DNA from: an uncultured Gammaproteobacteria bacterium
GTDB lineage: Bacteria; Patescibacteriota; Microgenomatia; UBA10105; UBA927
Length of the DNA stretch: 64,000 nt
Assembly (NCBI GenBank): GCA_964445435.1
Contig: CAYUKU010000007.1
Span: 3,653 to 67,652 of the forward strand
Direction of reading: 5' to 3'
Positions 8,492-17,806 of this stretch are shown here, piece after piece (the stretch's first letter is position 1; the number at the start of each line of letters is the position of its first letter). The notes beneath the pieces are model-generated. The model had not been told where the DNA came from, did not search any database, and saw only the letters and a list, made by a program, of their open reading frames with translations. A program made the position numbers and the translations under genes.

Positions 8492-11400
8492 AAGTGTGTA
8501 TGATGTTCTTTATGGTTTGCCGCCCACAGAAACGCAAGCGGCAAGAGTGCAAATCCGAGAAATTCCAGAAGTTGCGGCCAGAACAGGAGATAGATCGTCT
8601 TGCCGGTTTCCTCCTGGGAAAGCGTCCAGCCGTTTGCCCAATTATTGATAAGCACATGCCGTCCGGCTGGTTTGACATAGGGGAATATGGGCGTTTTCGT
8701 AAACGCAATCCATCCGGCATCATACGACTGGGAGAGAATGAGTGTCTGGGTCGTCCCCGACGTGATTGGGGGTCCGTTTTCGTTTTGCAGCCTCACTTCA
8801 TACCACGCCGGATTGGGATGGGAGACGGACGCAGGTTTCGTGGGTTCACTCGCGGTGGGTTGCTCTGCACGCACAAATCGCACTTGGGCGAGGAAATCAT
8901 ATGGAATCGGGTACACGCGGACACGTTTTAGATCGTTGACTGCCGGGTTTCTGCCGATACTTATATTGTCGAAGTTTACCGAATATCCGAGTCCGTATGC
9001 ATCCATCGGCGGGATGATAAACCACGATGTCGTAAACGATTCCTTTTGTGCGGGCAAAAGCGTTTCCATAAAGGTTCGTCTCGTTTCCCGATTTGTGACG
9101 GAGAACGACAGCGATCTGCCGCGAACCGTACGATGTTCCACGCCGACCATGTACCCGTACCGCTGCGGCAAAAGCGGAAGATCGATGGACAGACAGTTGC
9201 TTGATCCGAGGCTTCTGAGGCGCAGATACTTTCCATTGGCGTCCTGTTTCATTTCATGTTGATAGAGACCGGTATTGAACCCGTCACAACTGCGCGGTGT
9301 TTGGGCGAGTCCGTTGGTAGGAAGTGAATCATAGCTCCATGCACCGCTGGTCTTCGGGATTGTGACGACGAGCGACGTATCGTTTGTCGATACGTTTGGA
9401 ACAGGTGCTACCTTCGGGAGACCCGTTATCGCATCCAGTTGGGCGAATGTTTGAACCGAGACTGACGGATACGAGAGCCCATACAGCTCGGGTGATGGCG
9501 GAAGAGGGCCGGAAAGAAGGATGCTGGTGTTGTTTTCAGAAACGCTGAACCCAATTTCCTTCTGAGTCCTTCCAGTAAACAACGATCGGAAAGGATACCA
9601 TACTGACGTTGGGGTTGTACTGTCGAACATGTACACACCGTAATGAGCAAATGCCATGTCCGTATCATTCCATGGGAGCGCAGGACCGACATTCGAAAGC
9701 GTTTTGGTTTGAGAAACGAATGATGATCCCGGATTGTTTGATGGGAAATAATACAGCGTGATCTTTCCTGACTGGAATGCTTTGACCGCCTGGGGGATGA
9801 GGGTGAGCATCATGCGGATATCCTCTGTGTACTGTGCCCGATCATAGCTGGCGTTGATGATATGTTCATCAAAAAGCACCCAGGAAACATTATGCTCCTG
9901 CAATACGGCCAAGAGTCGGGCGGGATTTTTGGTGTAAATAGCCTGCGAGAGCTGCCAGTAAAAGTTCTCATTAGTACGGCTCCATGGATCAAACGCCCGG
10001 TCGATAGTGGGCTGTTGGATGCCAAACCATTGAAACCCGCTTCCGATCACCCCCCAGTTGTACTGCGTCCAGGCCCAGAACCAGGGAGCCGGTAAGACGG
10101 CGATACGTTCAGACGGGCTTTTCGTATCGAGAAATGCGAAGGTGTCGAAGTATTCTTTGGGGATGGCAACGCGCAGGTTTTTGAAAAAGAAGTTTCCTTG
10201 AAATGACGGGAGCGTAGAGAATCCCAGAAGAACGACGAAACAAATCGTGAGTATAGAAATGTCTCTCTTTGACCCATGACTGGTTTTCAGAAGTTCGTGA
10301 ATGGCGACTGCGATAAGGATGCTGTACGTCAGTGCATAGAGGGTGAAGAACTTGGTAAATACGAAACGAAACACGTTATGGAAAAGCGGAATCGTGCTTC
10401 TGAGCCACTCGGAAAACGCCGAGAGGACGGGCACATCGTTGCCGATGATGAGAAACGAGAAAACAAAAAGAATAAGATACGGGTACCACTCCTTGCGCTG
10501 GTCACGAATGACCAGAAATGCTCCGATGATAGCAAGGCTGAAGAATATCCCGGCGGCGATAGCAGCAAACGGCCTATCGATGTGGTTTTTCCAGGGCGCG
10601 AACATGAAGCTTTGCTGTCCCGTCGTATGGTCATACTGGACGTAGTCCAGGCTGAAACTCCGCATAAGCGCGGTTGCCGGCAGGTCGCCGTAGCGCTGGT
10701 TTTTGGCGAATATATCGTCTGTGGCCATCTGGTTGTTTTTGGAGTTGGCGATGTCCTTTGCATGGAAGAGGGTATTGTGGGCAAACGGCAAGCCCCAGAA
10801 TGCGTTGGTGAGAAATGTGATGAGAAGAACTGCGATTGCCCGCTTCCAGGTGATCCATGAATGGTGGGTAACAACGTGGATAAGAAGCGTAGCGGCAAGG
10901 ACCATGAGGTAAACGAGAAACACCGTAGGCACATGCGCCTGCGGCGTTGAGAGAAGTGAGAGAACGACGAGCCACATCGCGTAGCGTTTCCCTCCGTGGA
11001 GAAGATACGAAACGATAGCCCACAAAAGCCACGGGAGCGCCGCGAAATGCACCATGAACACCTCAAACGGAAGATAGAACATCTGAACGGTAGCGAAATT
11101 ATATTGATAAAATAGCGCCGCAACGAAGGCTACGAGCGTATGGATGATGCTTCTTGTGTTGCGGACAAGTGTGGCATAGACGAGAACATACATCCCGATC
11201 CCGCCCAGAAGATGGGTAAGGAAGACAAACGCATACCTCAGGAGATTCTGCGGCAAGCCAAACGACAGAAGCCACAAGAGAAGATAATATGGAAGCTCAG
11301 AAGCGTGGGACAGGCCGTCCTCAAGGCCTAAACCTCGGTATTCCTGCCAGACGCCGAATATTGCGCGCTTGAAGTTTAGGCCGAAATTAAGCTCCGGATA

Positions 11401-11523
11401 CATGTTGTCCCACCCGACCACATATGTTCCCGGAGTGTAATTGGTTACGAAGAGGGCGACTTCAAGAGCGAGAAGAACGAAGATAGGCCAATGATGGAGG
11501 ATTTTTGCAAACAAACGTCTCAT
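8488..11523 (-). CDS. Large polytopic membrane protein, GT-C superfamily glycosyltransferase-like
   Basis: N-terminal GWDN loop, about 12 TM helices, large soluble domain, C-terminal NNWANGW then TM; neighbour of a GT2. Confidence 0.7.
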   Translation of the reverse strand: MRRLFAKILHHWPIFVLLALEVALFVTNYTPGTYVVGWDNMYPELNFGLNFKRAIFGVWQEYRGLGLEDGLSHASELPYYLLLWLLSFGLPQNLLRYAFVFLTHLLGGIGMYVLVYATLVRNTRSIIHTLVAFVAALFYQYNFATVQMFYLPFEVFMVHFAALPWLLWAIVSYLLHGGKRYAMWLVVLSLLSTPQAHVPTVFLVYLMVLAATLLIHVVTHHSWITWKRAIAVLLITFLTNAFWGLPFAHNTLFHAKDIANSKNNQMATDDIFAKNQRYGDLPATALMRSFSLDYVQYDHTTGQQSFMFAPWKNHIDRPFAAIAAGIFFSLAIIGAFLVIRDQRKEWYPYLILFVFSFLIIGNDVPVLSAFSEWLRSTIPLFHNVFRFVFTKFFTLYALTYSILIAVAIHELLKTSHGSKRDISILTICFVVLLGFSTLPSFQGNFFFKNLRVAIPKEYFDTFAFLDTKSPSERIAVLPAPWFWAWTQYNWGVIGSGFQWFGIQQPTIDRAFDPWSRTNENFYWQLSQAIYTKNPARLLAVLQEHNVSWVLFDEHIINASYDRAQYTEDIRMMLTLIPQAVKAFQSGKITLYYFPSNNPGSSFVSQTKTLSNVGPALPWNDTDMAFAHYGVYMFDSTTPTSVWYPFRSLFTGRTQKEIGFSVSENNTSILLSGPLPPSPELYGLSYPSVSVQTFAQLDAITGLPKVAPVPNVSTNDTSLVVTIPKTSGAWSYDSLPTNGLAQTPRSCDGFNTGLYQHEMKQDANGKYLRLRSLGSSNCLSIDLPLLPQRYGYMVGVEHRTVRGRSLSFSVTNRETRRTFMETLLPAQKESFTTSWFIIPPMDAYGLGYSVNFDNISIGRNPAVNDLKRVRVYPIPYDFLAQVRFVRAEQPTASEPTKPASVSHPNPAWYEVRLQNENGPPITSGTTQTLILSQSYDAGWIAFTKTPIFPYVKPAGRHVLINNWANGWTLSQEETGKTIYLLFWPQLLEFLGFALLPLAFLWAANHKEHHTHL

Positions 11524-11538
11524 ACGTACCCGGGTGGG

Positions 11539-12528
11539 TTACGTATAAGTATAGTATTTTTTGGCCAAAGCCGCGATCCGGGTTGAGACAGCGGATTTCT
11601 TCATCCACTTGGCAATCACCCGCTGGGGCTTATGCGTCATCCCGCGGAAAAACATATAGGTCGGCACGACGAGCTGTGACGGAATAAGAGAAACGACGAT
11701 ATATTGAAGAAGCATAAGCACCATAGCCATGGGTGACAGTTGATACCCAAGCTGCCTTACGGCCTCCAGACGGATATTGACCGAATTCTGAAATTTCTCC
11801 TTCGGATTGATAAGCGACAGGTTATTGCCGTGAATACGATATTTGAGCAGGTATTCAGGCAAATTGGCAAACTGGCCATGACTCAAAAGCTTGAAGAACG
11901 TATAGTAGTCATCGTTGACATCCCACTTCATCGCATAGATACGGTCCGGATTCGGAAGCAGACTTCGGCGGATCATGACGGACGGATGGATGATAGGGTG
12001 GAGCACCCCGAATTGCTTGTAGATAGCTTCATGGGTTGTAGGTATGTTTTTGACCCCGATCGTGCGGCCGTTTTTGTCGATGACCGTGGCTTGGGTGCCT
12101 ACGAGAATCGTGCCGGGATTAGCAAGCATATACGCCACTTGTTTCTCGATGCGGGTAGGATAGCTGATATCATCAGAATCCATGCGTGCGGCGAATTCCC
12201 CGCGGGCTTTGGTGAGGCCGAAGTTCGTCGCGCCGTTGCCGGCAGAGTTGGTCTGCTTGGCGATGTGGTACGCGCGGATGAGCTTGGGGTAGCGCTTTTT
12301 ATACGCTTGTATCGTTTTCCACGAGTCATCGGTGGACGCGTCGTCCACGATGATAAGCTCAATCCGTTTATAGGTCTGCGCCACGATGCTGTCGATAGCA
12401 GGTCCCAGAAACTTCCCCGCGTTATACACAGGCATGATGACTGAGACCAATGGTTGTTTGTTTCTCATATGCGTTGTCAACACACAAATTTCTTTGTGTG
12501 TCGGCTTCAGCCAGCAATCGATTGTCAT
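11539..12528 (-). CDS. Glycosyltransferase family 2
   Basis: VSVIMPVYN, IIVDDASTD, RMDSDD; start 12528 (AGGAG SD) or 12468. Confidence 0.92.
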   Translation of the reverse strand: MTIDCWLKPTHKEICVLTTHMRNKQPLVSVIMPVYNAGKFLGPAIDSIVAQTYKRIELIIVDDASTDDSWKTIQAYKKRYPKLIRAYHIAKQTNSAGNGATNFGLTKARGEFAARMDSDDISYPTRIEKQVAYMLANPGTILVGTQATVIDKNGRTIGVKNIPTTHEAIYKQFGVLHPIIHPSVMIRRSLLPNPDRIYAMKWDVNDDYYTFFKLLSHGQFANLPEYLLKYRIHGNNLSLINPKEKFQNSVNIRLEAVRQLGYQLSPMAMVLMLLQYIVVSLIPSQLVVPTYMFFRGMTHKPQRVIAKWMKKSAVSTRIAALAKKYYTYT

Positions 12529-12741
12529 AACAAACTCCTGCCGTAGTTTGTTAGACGGTTGCTGGCTAGAGCTAGCACAGTTCAACGAACACAATCTTTT
12601 CTCCTTACGGATGAAGATTTGACCTTGGGAGGTCGTGTGTCGTCGAGCTGTGCATCGCACATTCGAGTCGTAGGAGTCCCCGTTTGAGGAGGACTCCTAC
12701 TCGGTTTGTTGGGGCGGGTGGCCATGGCGGGCCTCCGCTTC

Positions 12742-14358
12742 TTACTTGGGTTGCCAAGAAACTCCAGCGCTCAGGCGGTCCTCACCGTGATAGGTGTAGG
12801 TACCAGCTTCGACGTCGAAGTATTGGCACGAGCCGTCCGGGCTTTCGAGGTGGGCATCGCCATCCACATAGCCGTTGCAAAGCAGGATGCGACCCGCTTT
12901 CTTCGTGGTGAAGACGATGTTCTTCAGCGTGCCGAAGTCCTGCATCATGCTGACCATTGCGGGGGTCATCATGATTTCCACATCGTCAGGACCCACCCAG
13001 GTCGCCGTGTCGCCGGAGATTTCCCAGTATTTCGTGTATTGCACGATCTGAGACTCCGTCATGCCAGCCCAGCCGCTTGCCGAGAAGCGAACGCCGAATC
13101 CCGCAATCGGGCTATTGGCGTTGTCTTCGATGACGTGCCAGCCAGCCGAGAGAGCGACGCGTTTGCCGCATTCGCCTTCATCCACGCCGAGGATGTCGGT
13201 CAGGGGCTTGCCGTCCAACGTGCCGATGGCGCACATTTCGAGCTGCGCCTCTTTGCGCGTGTAGAAGATGACCTTCGTCACCTTCCCGGTCCGCATCAGT
13301 TCGAGGGGTCCCATCGAGCCGTCGCCGAAATCGGCATCGGACTCAGTGATATCCTCTTCACCGTTGTTTGGACCGTACCAGCGCATGACGCCGCGACTCT
13401 TGACCTTGGACGTATCCCAGCACAGCCCAGCGCAGTTGTCCGGGTAGCCCTCTTCGCCTTGGTGGGCGGAGTACATCTCGGGCTGGTTCGGGAGGTTTTC
13501 ACCCCAGACTTCTTCAGCCAGGGCTTGACCATCACCAGCCGGCGCGTTGCCGGTGTCATTGGCGTTGTCGTTCGTATTGCCGGACGAACCATCAATCGGT
13601 CCTTGCGGGGCGCCTTCGTTATCGTTGGCATCGTTGTCGTTCGCGTTGGCGTTGTCATCCACCAGTTCGCAGGCGTCTTCGCCGTCTACCTCGCGGTATC
13701 CAGCATCTTCGTCACAGCCAGCGAACGTGACGTCTTTCTTGGCGTCGAATTCGCGGTTGGCGGGGCACTTCACATTCCAGACCGTGCCGTCTTTCAGCGT
13801 AACCAACTGCGACCCGCCGGGTTCGAGGGTGAACTCAAAACCTTTCTTGGCGAGTGCATCGGTTTGCATGCATCCAGCCGTTTCAGGGCCGGGTTCGGGC
13901 GCGGGCCGGTGAAGCCAGCCGTTAATCCCGAGGGTCAGGGCGATGCAGGCGAAAATTGCCAGCGGTACCCAGAGCCATGGGGACTTCCAGAACGGTTTGC
14001 GCGCAGGCGCAGGGTGCGAAGCGGGTGTCGGTGTGGGGGTCGGTGTTGAGGTCGGAGTGGGCGCCGGGGTCGGAGTGGGCAGGGGCGGAGTCACCGCGTT
14101 GACCACGAAAGTCTCCACGTTGCTCGCATTGCCGCCTGACGCATTCGTCACCTTGATTCCAACTCGACCAGCCCTCAGATTGCCGCGCATGGGGACAGTC
14201 AACTGCGTGTTGCTCACGAAGATGACGCCCGTCAGTTCGCGCGTGCCCATGAAGACTTTGTCGGTCCGGGCGAAGCCCGTACCGTTGATTTCCAGCGTGA
14301 AAGCTGGACCGCCAGCGTCTACCGCGGGCGGATTTAGGGAAGTGATTTGCTTAGCCAT
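12742..14358 (-). CDS. IPT/TIG-like domain, Pro/Thr linker, TM, then duplicated Cys-containing beta domains
   Basis: ITSLNP...FTLEINGTGF...FVSNTQLTV...VTN; PTPTP repeat; TM WLWVPLAIFACIALTLGING. Confidence 0.85.
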   Translation of the reverse strand: MAKQITSLNPPAVDAGGPAFTLEINGTGFARTDKVFMGTRELTGVIFVSNTQLTVPMRGNLRAGRVGIKVTNASGGNASNVETFVVNAVTPPLPTPTPAPTPTSTPTPTPTPASHPAPARKPFWKSPWLWVPLAIFACIALTLGINGWLHRPAPEPGPETAGCMQTDALAKKGFEFTLEPGGSQLVTLKDGTVWNVKCPANREFDAKKDVTFAGCDEDAGYREVDGEDACELVDDNANANDNDANDNEGAPQGPIDGSSGNTNDNANDTGNAPAGDGQALAEEVWGENLPNQPEMYSAHQGEEGYPDNCAGLCWDTSKVKSRGVMRWYGPNNGEEDITESDADFGDGSMGPLELMRTGKVTKVIFYTRKEAQLEMCAIGTLDGKPLTDILGVDEGECGKRVALSAGWHVIEDNANSPIAGFGVRFSASGWAGMTESQIVQYTKYWEISGDTATWVGPDDVEIMMTPAMVSMMQDFGTLKNIVFTTKKAGRILLCNGYVDGDAHLESPDGSCQYFDVEAGTYTYHGEDRLSAGVSWQPK

Positions 14359-14790
14359 GATCTTTTCCTTTCATTGGCTTCGTACAAGATGGTCCTCAGC
14401 TTCTACTTACTTTGGGAGCTCATTCGTTATCACCGCAGTGACACGTGATGCGTACAGCTCGTTCAGTATTAGCTTTGGATAGGTTTGGGGTTTCGACTTT
14501 GATCATCCTCCACCGTTGGAGGGGTTTCCGCTGCGGTCCGTAGGACACGCCACTGGCGATCAAATACCAGGAATTTTCCGAGGAAAGACGTGCCCAGGAT
14601 TCTATGGTTGGCGATCAACCACACAATCCCGGGACGGTTCCCCGAAATATCCTTCCCAAATTTCCTCAAATCACGTTCCCGTATCGTTCCAACATCAAAC
14701 CACACTACCTCAAGTAAAATATCCAACAAACTCAATTTTTGAATGTGCCTGGGGAAAAGATGGTGGTAAGCGGTCTGTCGAAATATATTC

Positions 14791-14819
14791 AGCTTCGCAA
14801 GGCCTGGCCTTGCGAAGCT
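14791..14819 (+). repeat. REP-like palindrome family B, copy 1 (AGCTTCGCAAGGCC-T-GGCCTTGCGAAGCT)
   Basis: Perfect 14-bp inverted repeat; 4 copies in the window. Confidence 0.92.
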
Positions 14820-14941
14820 AACTTTTCAACATGAGGCTCGCCGTATCCAATCCCCGTATTCGACGTTGCGCGAGGTTGGGGCGCAATGCCCCTCCCGCGT
14901 AACGGGCGAATAGGTTCCGGTTTTCACCGGAAGCATCCAGA

Positions 14942-14975
14942 CGCGCTAGATAATTTCAAAGCTTAGCTTTGAAAT
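14942..14975 (-). repeat. REP-like palindrome family A, copy 3
   Basis: CGCGCTAGATA-ATTTCAAAGCTTAGCTTTGAAAT. Confidence 0.9.
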
Positions 14976-14995
14976 GACGCATCGGGATATTTCCA

Positions 14996-15024
14996 TTGAC
15001 AACCGTTATTTCACGCCGTAGAGT
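14996..15024 (+). promoter_or_regulatory. Sigma70 promoter
   Basis: TTGACA-17-TAGAGT, 8 nt before ATG 15033. Confidence 0.7.
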
Positions 15025-15032
15025 GGGGAAGT

Positions 15033-15272
15033 ATGTTGACGAAAAAAGACCTTCAAAGTATCGGCGAGCTTATTGATACAAAGCTTGACGAGAAACTCGA
15101 ATCTAAACTCGAACAAAAGCTCAAGCCTATTCGTAAGAGCCTCAAAGGCTTGGATAGTATAGAGAAAAAGCTCGATACTACGATCAGATTTTTCGACAAT
15201 ACCGCTATAAATCACGAAAAACGGATCAACCGCGTCGAAAAGCATCTTAATCTTCCCGCTTTGGCTGACTGA
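15033..15272 (+). CDS. Small coiled-coil protein
   Basis: MLTKKDLQSIGELIDTKLDEKLE... heptad pattern; has its own promoter and terminator. Confidence 0.8.
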   Translation: MLTKKDLQSIGELIDTKLDEKLESKLEQKLKPIRKSLKGLDSIEKKLDTTIRFFDNTAINHEKRINRVEKHLNLPALAD

Positions 15273-15292
15273 CTATTTGTCTGTTAAAGAGC

Positions 15293-15320
15293 AAAAAACC
15301 GGCATCTCTGCCGGTTTTTT
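15293..15320. terminator. Bidirectional intrinsic terminator
   Basis: AAAAAACCGGCA-TCTC-TGCCGGTTTTTT between convergent genes. Confidence 0.85.
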
Positions 15321-15382
15321 GAATTTATACTATTGGTTTTGTATTATTCCCCGGCAGAGGAGTCAGCATATGTCTATGCTGC

Positions 15383-16060
15383 TTAGCTTTTCTTTTTGCC
15401 TTTCAAAAGAGCTACTCCGCCAAGTCCCACTCCCGCAAACGGGAGGATGAGTGCAACGTCGTTGAAGCCGGCAACCGGCAGATTGCGTACGACCTCACCG
15501 TTTTGCAGACAAATTTGGGCACTGTCAGAATCGAACCGGTCTTCAGCACGCACTTCCGCGACGTTCGTCACACAAAACAGGCTCTTTCCAGTCGGGAATT
15601 TCGTGACGTCCACGATCTTGGCCTGGATTTCGATTGTGCGGGTTTCCCCGGCGGTCATGTTCTCCAGCTCAAAGGCGAGCGTTCGGGTGGCCGCATCATA
15701 CGTGCCAGGGCCAGCCACAAATTCCAGGTAGGGAGGAAGCGTATCCTTCACCTTCACCGGGTTAAACGTCTTATTGGACGCGTTCGTGATAATGAGCCGG
15801 TAGAGGACGTCGGCACCAGGGGCAAACGTCGGATCCGTGGTCGTCAAATTTTCGACGAACGTGACAGTCTGGGTGCCGCCCTTGGTTTCGACTACGGGCT
15901 TAGCAACCTGCTTATTAATAGTAAGATCAGTGGGAACACACGTGGTCGTTCCGCCGTATTGCGTCGTACATGTATCAGCAGAAACAGACGGCGCAAACGT
16001 CGCCATCGCGGCGAGAACAAATGAAGTAACGAGAGCTTTATGGTTTGTTTTCATAAACAT
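15383..16060 (-). CDS. Secreted DUF11-like Ig domain protein with LPxAG sorting signal
   Basis: Signal peptide; DLTINKQV, VKVKDTLPPYLEFV, TNVAEV; C-terminal LPVAG, hydrophobic segment, KGKKKS. Confidence 0.8.
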   Translation of the reverse strand: MFMKTNHKALVTSFVLAAMATFAPSVSADTCTTQYGGTTTCVPTDLTINKQVAKPVVETKGGTQTVTFVENLTTTDPTFAPGADVLYRLIITNASNKTFNPVKVKDTLPPYLEFVAGPGTYDAATRTLAFELENMTAGETRTIEIQAKIVDVTKFPTGKSLFCVTNVAEVRAEDRFDSDSAQICLQNGEVVRNLPVAGFNDVALILPFAGVGLGGVALLKGKKKS

Positions 16061-16123
16061 CCTTTCGTTCTAGTTTGATACTGTATCATACATTAAACCC
16101 TTTGTCAAGTATTATGGGATATA

Positions 16124-16924
16124 TTAGATTTTCTGTCCCGTCTCTTCGATCAAATTTGAAAAAATGAGGAGTCGTTCGGTTGTGCTGCCGGGAGGCCAAC
16201 AGGTTTGGAGGATGAGCTGGCGGCTCCCCACGATCGGATAGAGATAGGTCGTCGATTGGGGAGACACCACCTTCTTCTCCGTGATTTTGTAGGTGTAGCG
16301 CTTGCCTTTGTACATGACGACGACCACGTCGTCGGTATCCAGGTTTTTAAGAAGGTAGAAGACCGCATTGAGGTCTTTGACGAACCAGTCGTAATTAGTT
16401 GAGTGGGAGAACAGATATACCGTCCCGTCTTCGTCAGGGAAGAAGGAGGTGGACGCGTGGGCAATGCCGGTTTCGAGAACCGCCTTGTATTCATCAGGAT
16501 TGGCCGGGTCTACGTTGGCGATGACTGGAGCGTTGATACCGACCTTCGGCACGATGAGGGCAAACTCCTCGTTCACCGGGTCGATGGTAGCCCCGTCGGG
16601 CGTGGCCAGAGGCTCGAAGACGACCGGCACTGAGGCAGGCAGGGCAGGCTCAGCTTTCTGCGTTTCCTGTTTGACGAGCGCATGTGCCTGATGAGTATAG
16701 AATCCAGCCTCAAGTCGAAGCGCAGGGAGCATGGGTCCGAGCATACCTCCGAGGCCAAGAGCCAGGAATGCCATGCCGGCAAGCTGCCGCAGGCTGACTG
16801 CGTAGGATGAATTGAGAGCCCGGGTAATCGGGTTTACGCGGCGGGCCTCCACGCGATAGTGGCCGTGGTCAGTACAGCCTGGGTGGTCCGTGCAGTATTG
16901 GTAAATGATGCCCCATTCGTTCAT
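16124..16924 (-). CDS. Sortase
   Basis: LIVPKVGINAPV, YLFSHS, LILQTCWPPGSTTERL (His-Cys-Arg triad). Confidence 0.92.
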   Translation of the reverse strand: MNEWGIIYQYCTDHPGCTDHGHYRVEARRVNPITRALNSSYAVSLRQLAGMAFLALGLGGMLGPMLPALRLEAGFYTHQAHALVKQETQKAEPALPASVPVVFEPLATPDGATIDPVNEEFALIVPKVGINAPVIANVDPANPDEYKAVLETGIAHASTSFFPDEDGTVYLFSHSTNYDWFVKDLNAVFYLLKNLDTDDVVVVMYKGKRYTYKITEKKVVSPQSTTYLYPIVGSRQLILQTCWPPGSTTERLLIFSNLIEETGQKI

Positions 16925-17200
16925 ACCGGTTGCGAAATTTCACTCCTTTTTGTTAGGTAATTCGCTTCAAACTATTCGGATAGCCTCGTCACGCGCAGGC
17001 AAAGAGAAAAAGCATGTCGAAATTCTCCTACCCGGCATAGTCGCGGGAGTATACACTATAGGACTATATTTGTCAAGGGAGGGGATGCGGGGCTCCAGGG
17101 AGAAGTGAGATGGTTGACATGGGTCAATTGTTCTAACTTCACCCCGGAGCGGGTGCACCGGTAGTGAATGCAACGATGTGCTGGGTTTTCATGGTTTTCC

Positions 17201-17548
17201 TCAAAAGATCGAAACCCAGACGTCCGGACCGGCTAGGGCGACAATGATCAGTTCAAGCGCTATGATGAACAAAAGAAAAAGCTCGAACCTGAGAGACCTC
17301 AAATCTTTGTGGTCTGGGAATTTTAACCCTGTATACCACTTTATCGCCTCGCCGAGAAGAAAAATTACCACAGCGACGCCAACACTGAGAAGGCCAATGT
17401 AGCCGCTTATGGTAAGGCACCCCCCGACGATGATCAGGATCACCAAAAAAAATGTATTGACCGTTTTTTGGCGACCGATGATCTTCGTTTGCGTCGTGAT
17501 CGCGTCGATCACTTTGCGGGGTATATCGAGCGTGTCATTTATGTCCAT
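17201..17548 (-). CDS. Small membrane protein
   Basis: AAGGAG SD; three hydrophobic segments. Confidence 0.7.
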   Translation of the reverse strand: MDINDTLDIPRKVIDAITTQTKIIGRQKTVNTFFLVILIIVGGCLTISGYIGLLSVGVAVVIFLLGEAIKWYTGLKFPDHKDLRSLRFELFLLFIIALELIIVALAGPDVWVSIF

Positions 17549-17806
17549 CGCTCTGTTGCTCCTTTCTCTTTTCGGATTCTGAAAGACAACGACAAAAAAA
17601 TGAGGGCATCATTTCTTCATCGTTGCCTTTCAACAGAGTGCATTCACGTGGTAAGGTGCGAATATCAGTTCTGGCGCGCGTTGGCGAGCTAATTCGCAAA
17701 GTGCGCAATAACTGTACGCAGTGTACCATCGCATTATAGGATGCGTCAATCCGTGTTTTTTGAATTTGTATGATTACTTTATGGTTTGATATACTATGAG
17801 ATTATT

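Noticed and set aside
12706-14049. 447-aa plus-strand ORF, and similar antisense ORFs at 21130-22020, 53006-53965, 18569-19450 and 59427-60284
   Set aside because: These are shadows of GC3-biased genes on the opposite strand and show no motifs
14905-14940. SRP RNA (AGGTTCCGG...GGAAGCA)
   Set aside because: Lacks the CAGG-GNRA-AGCAG domain IV geometry and the long closing helix
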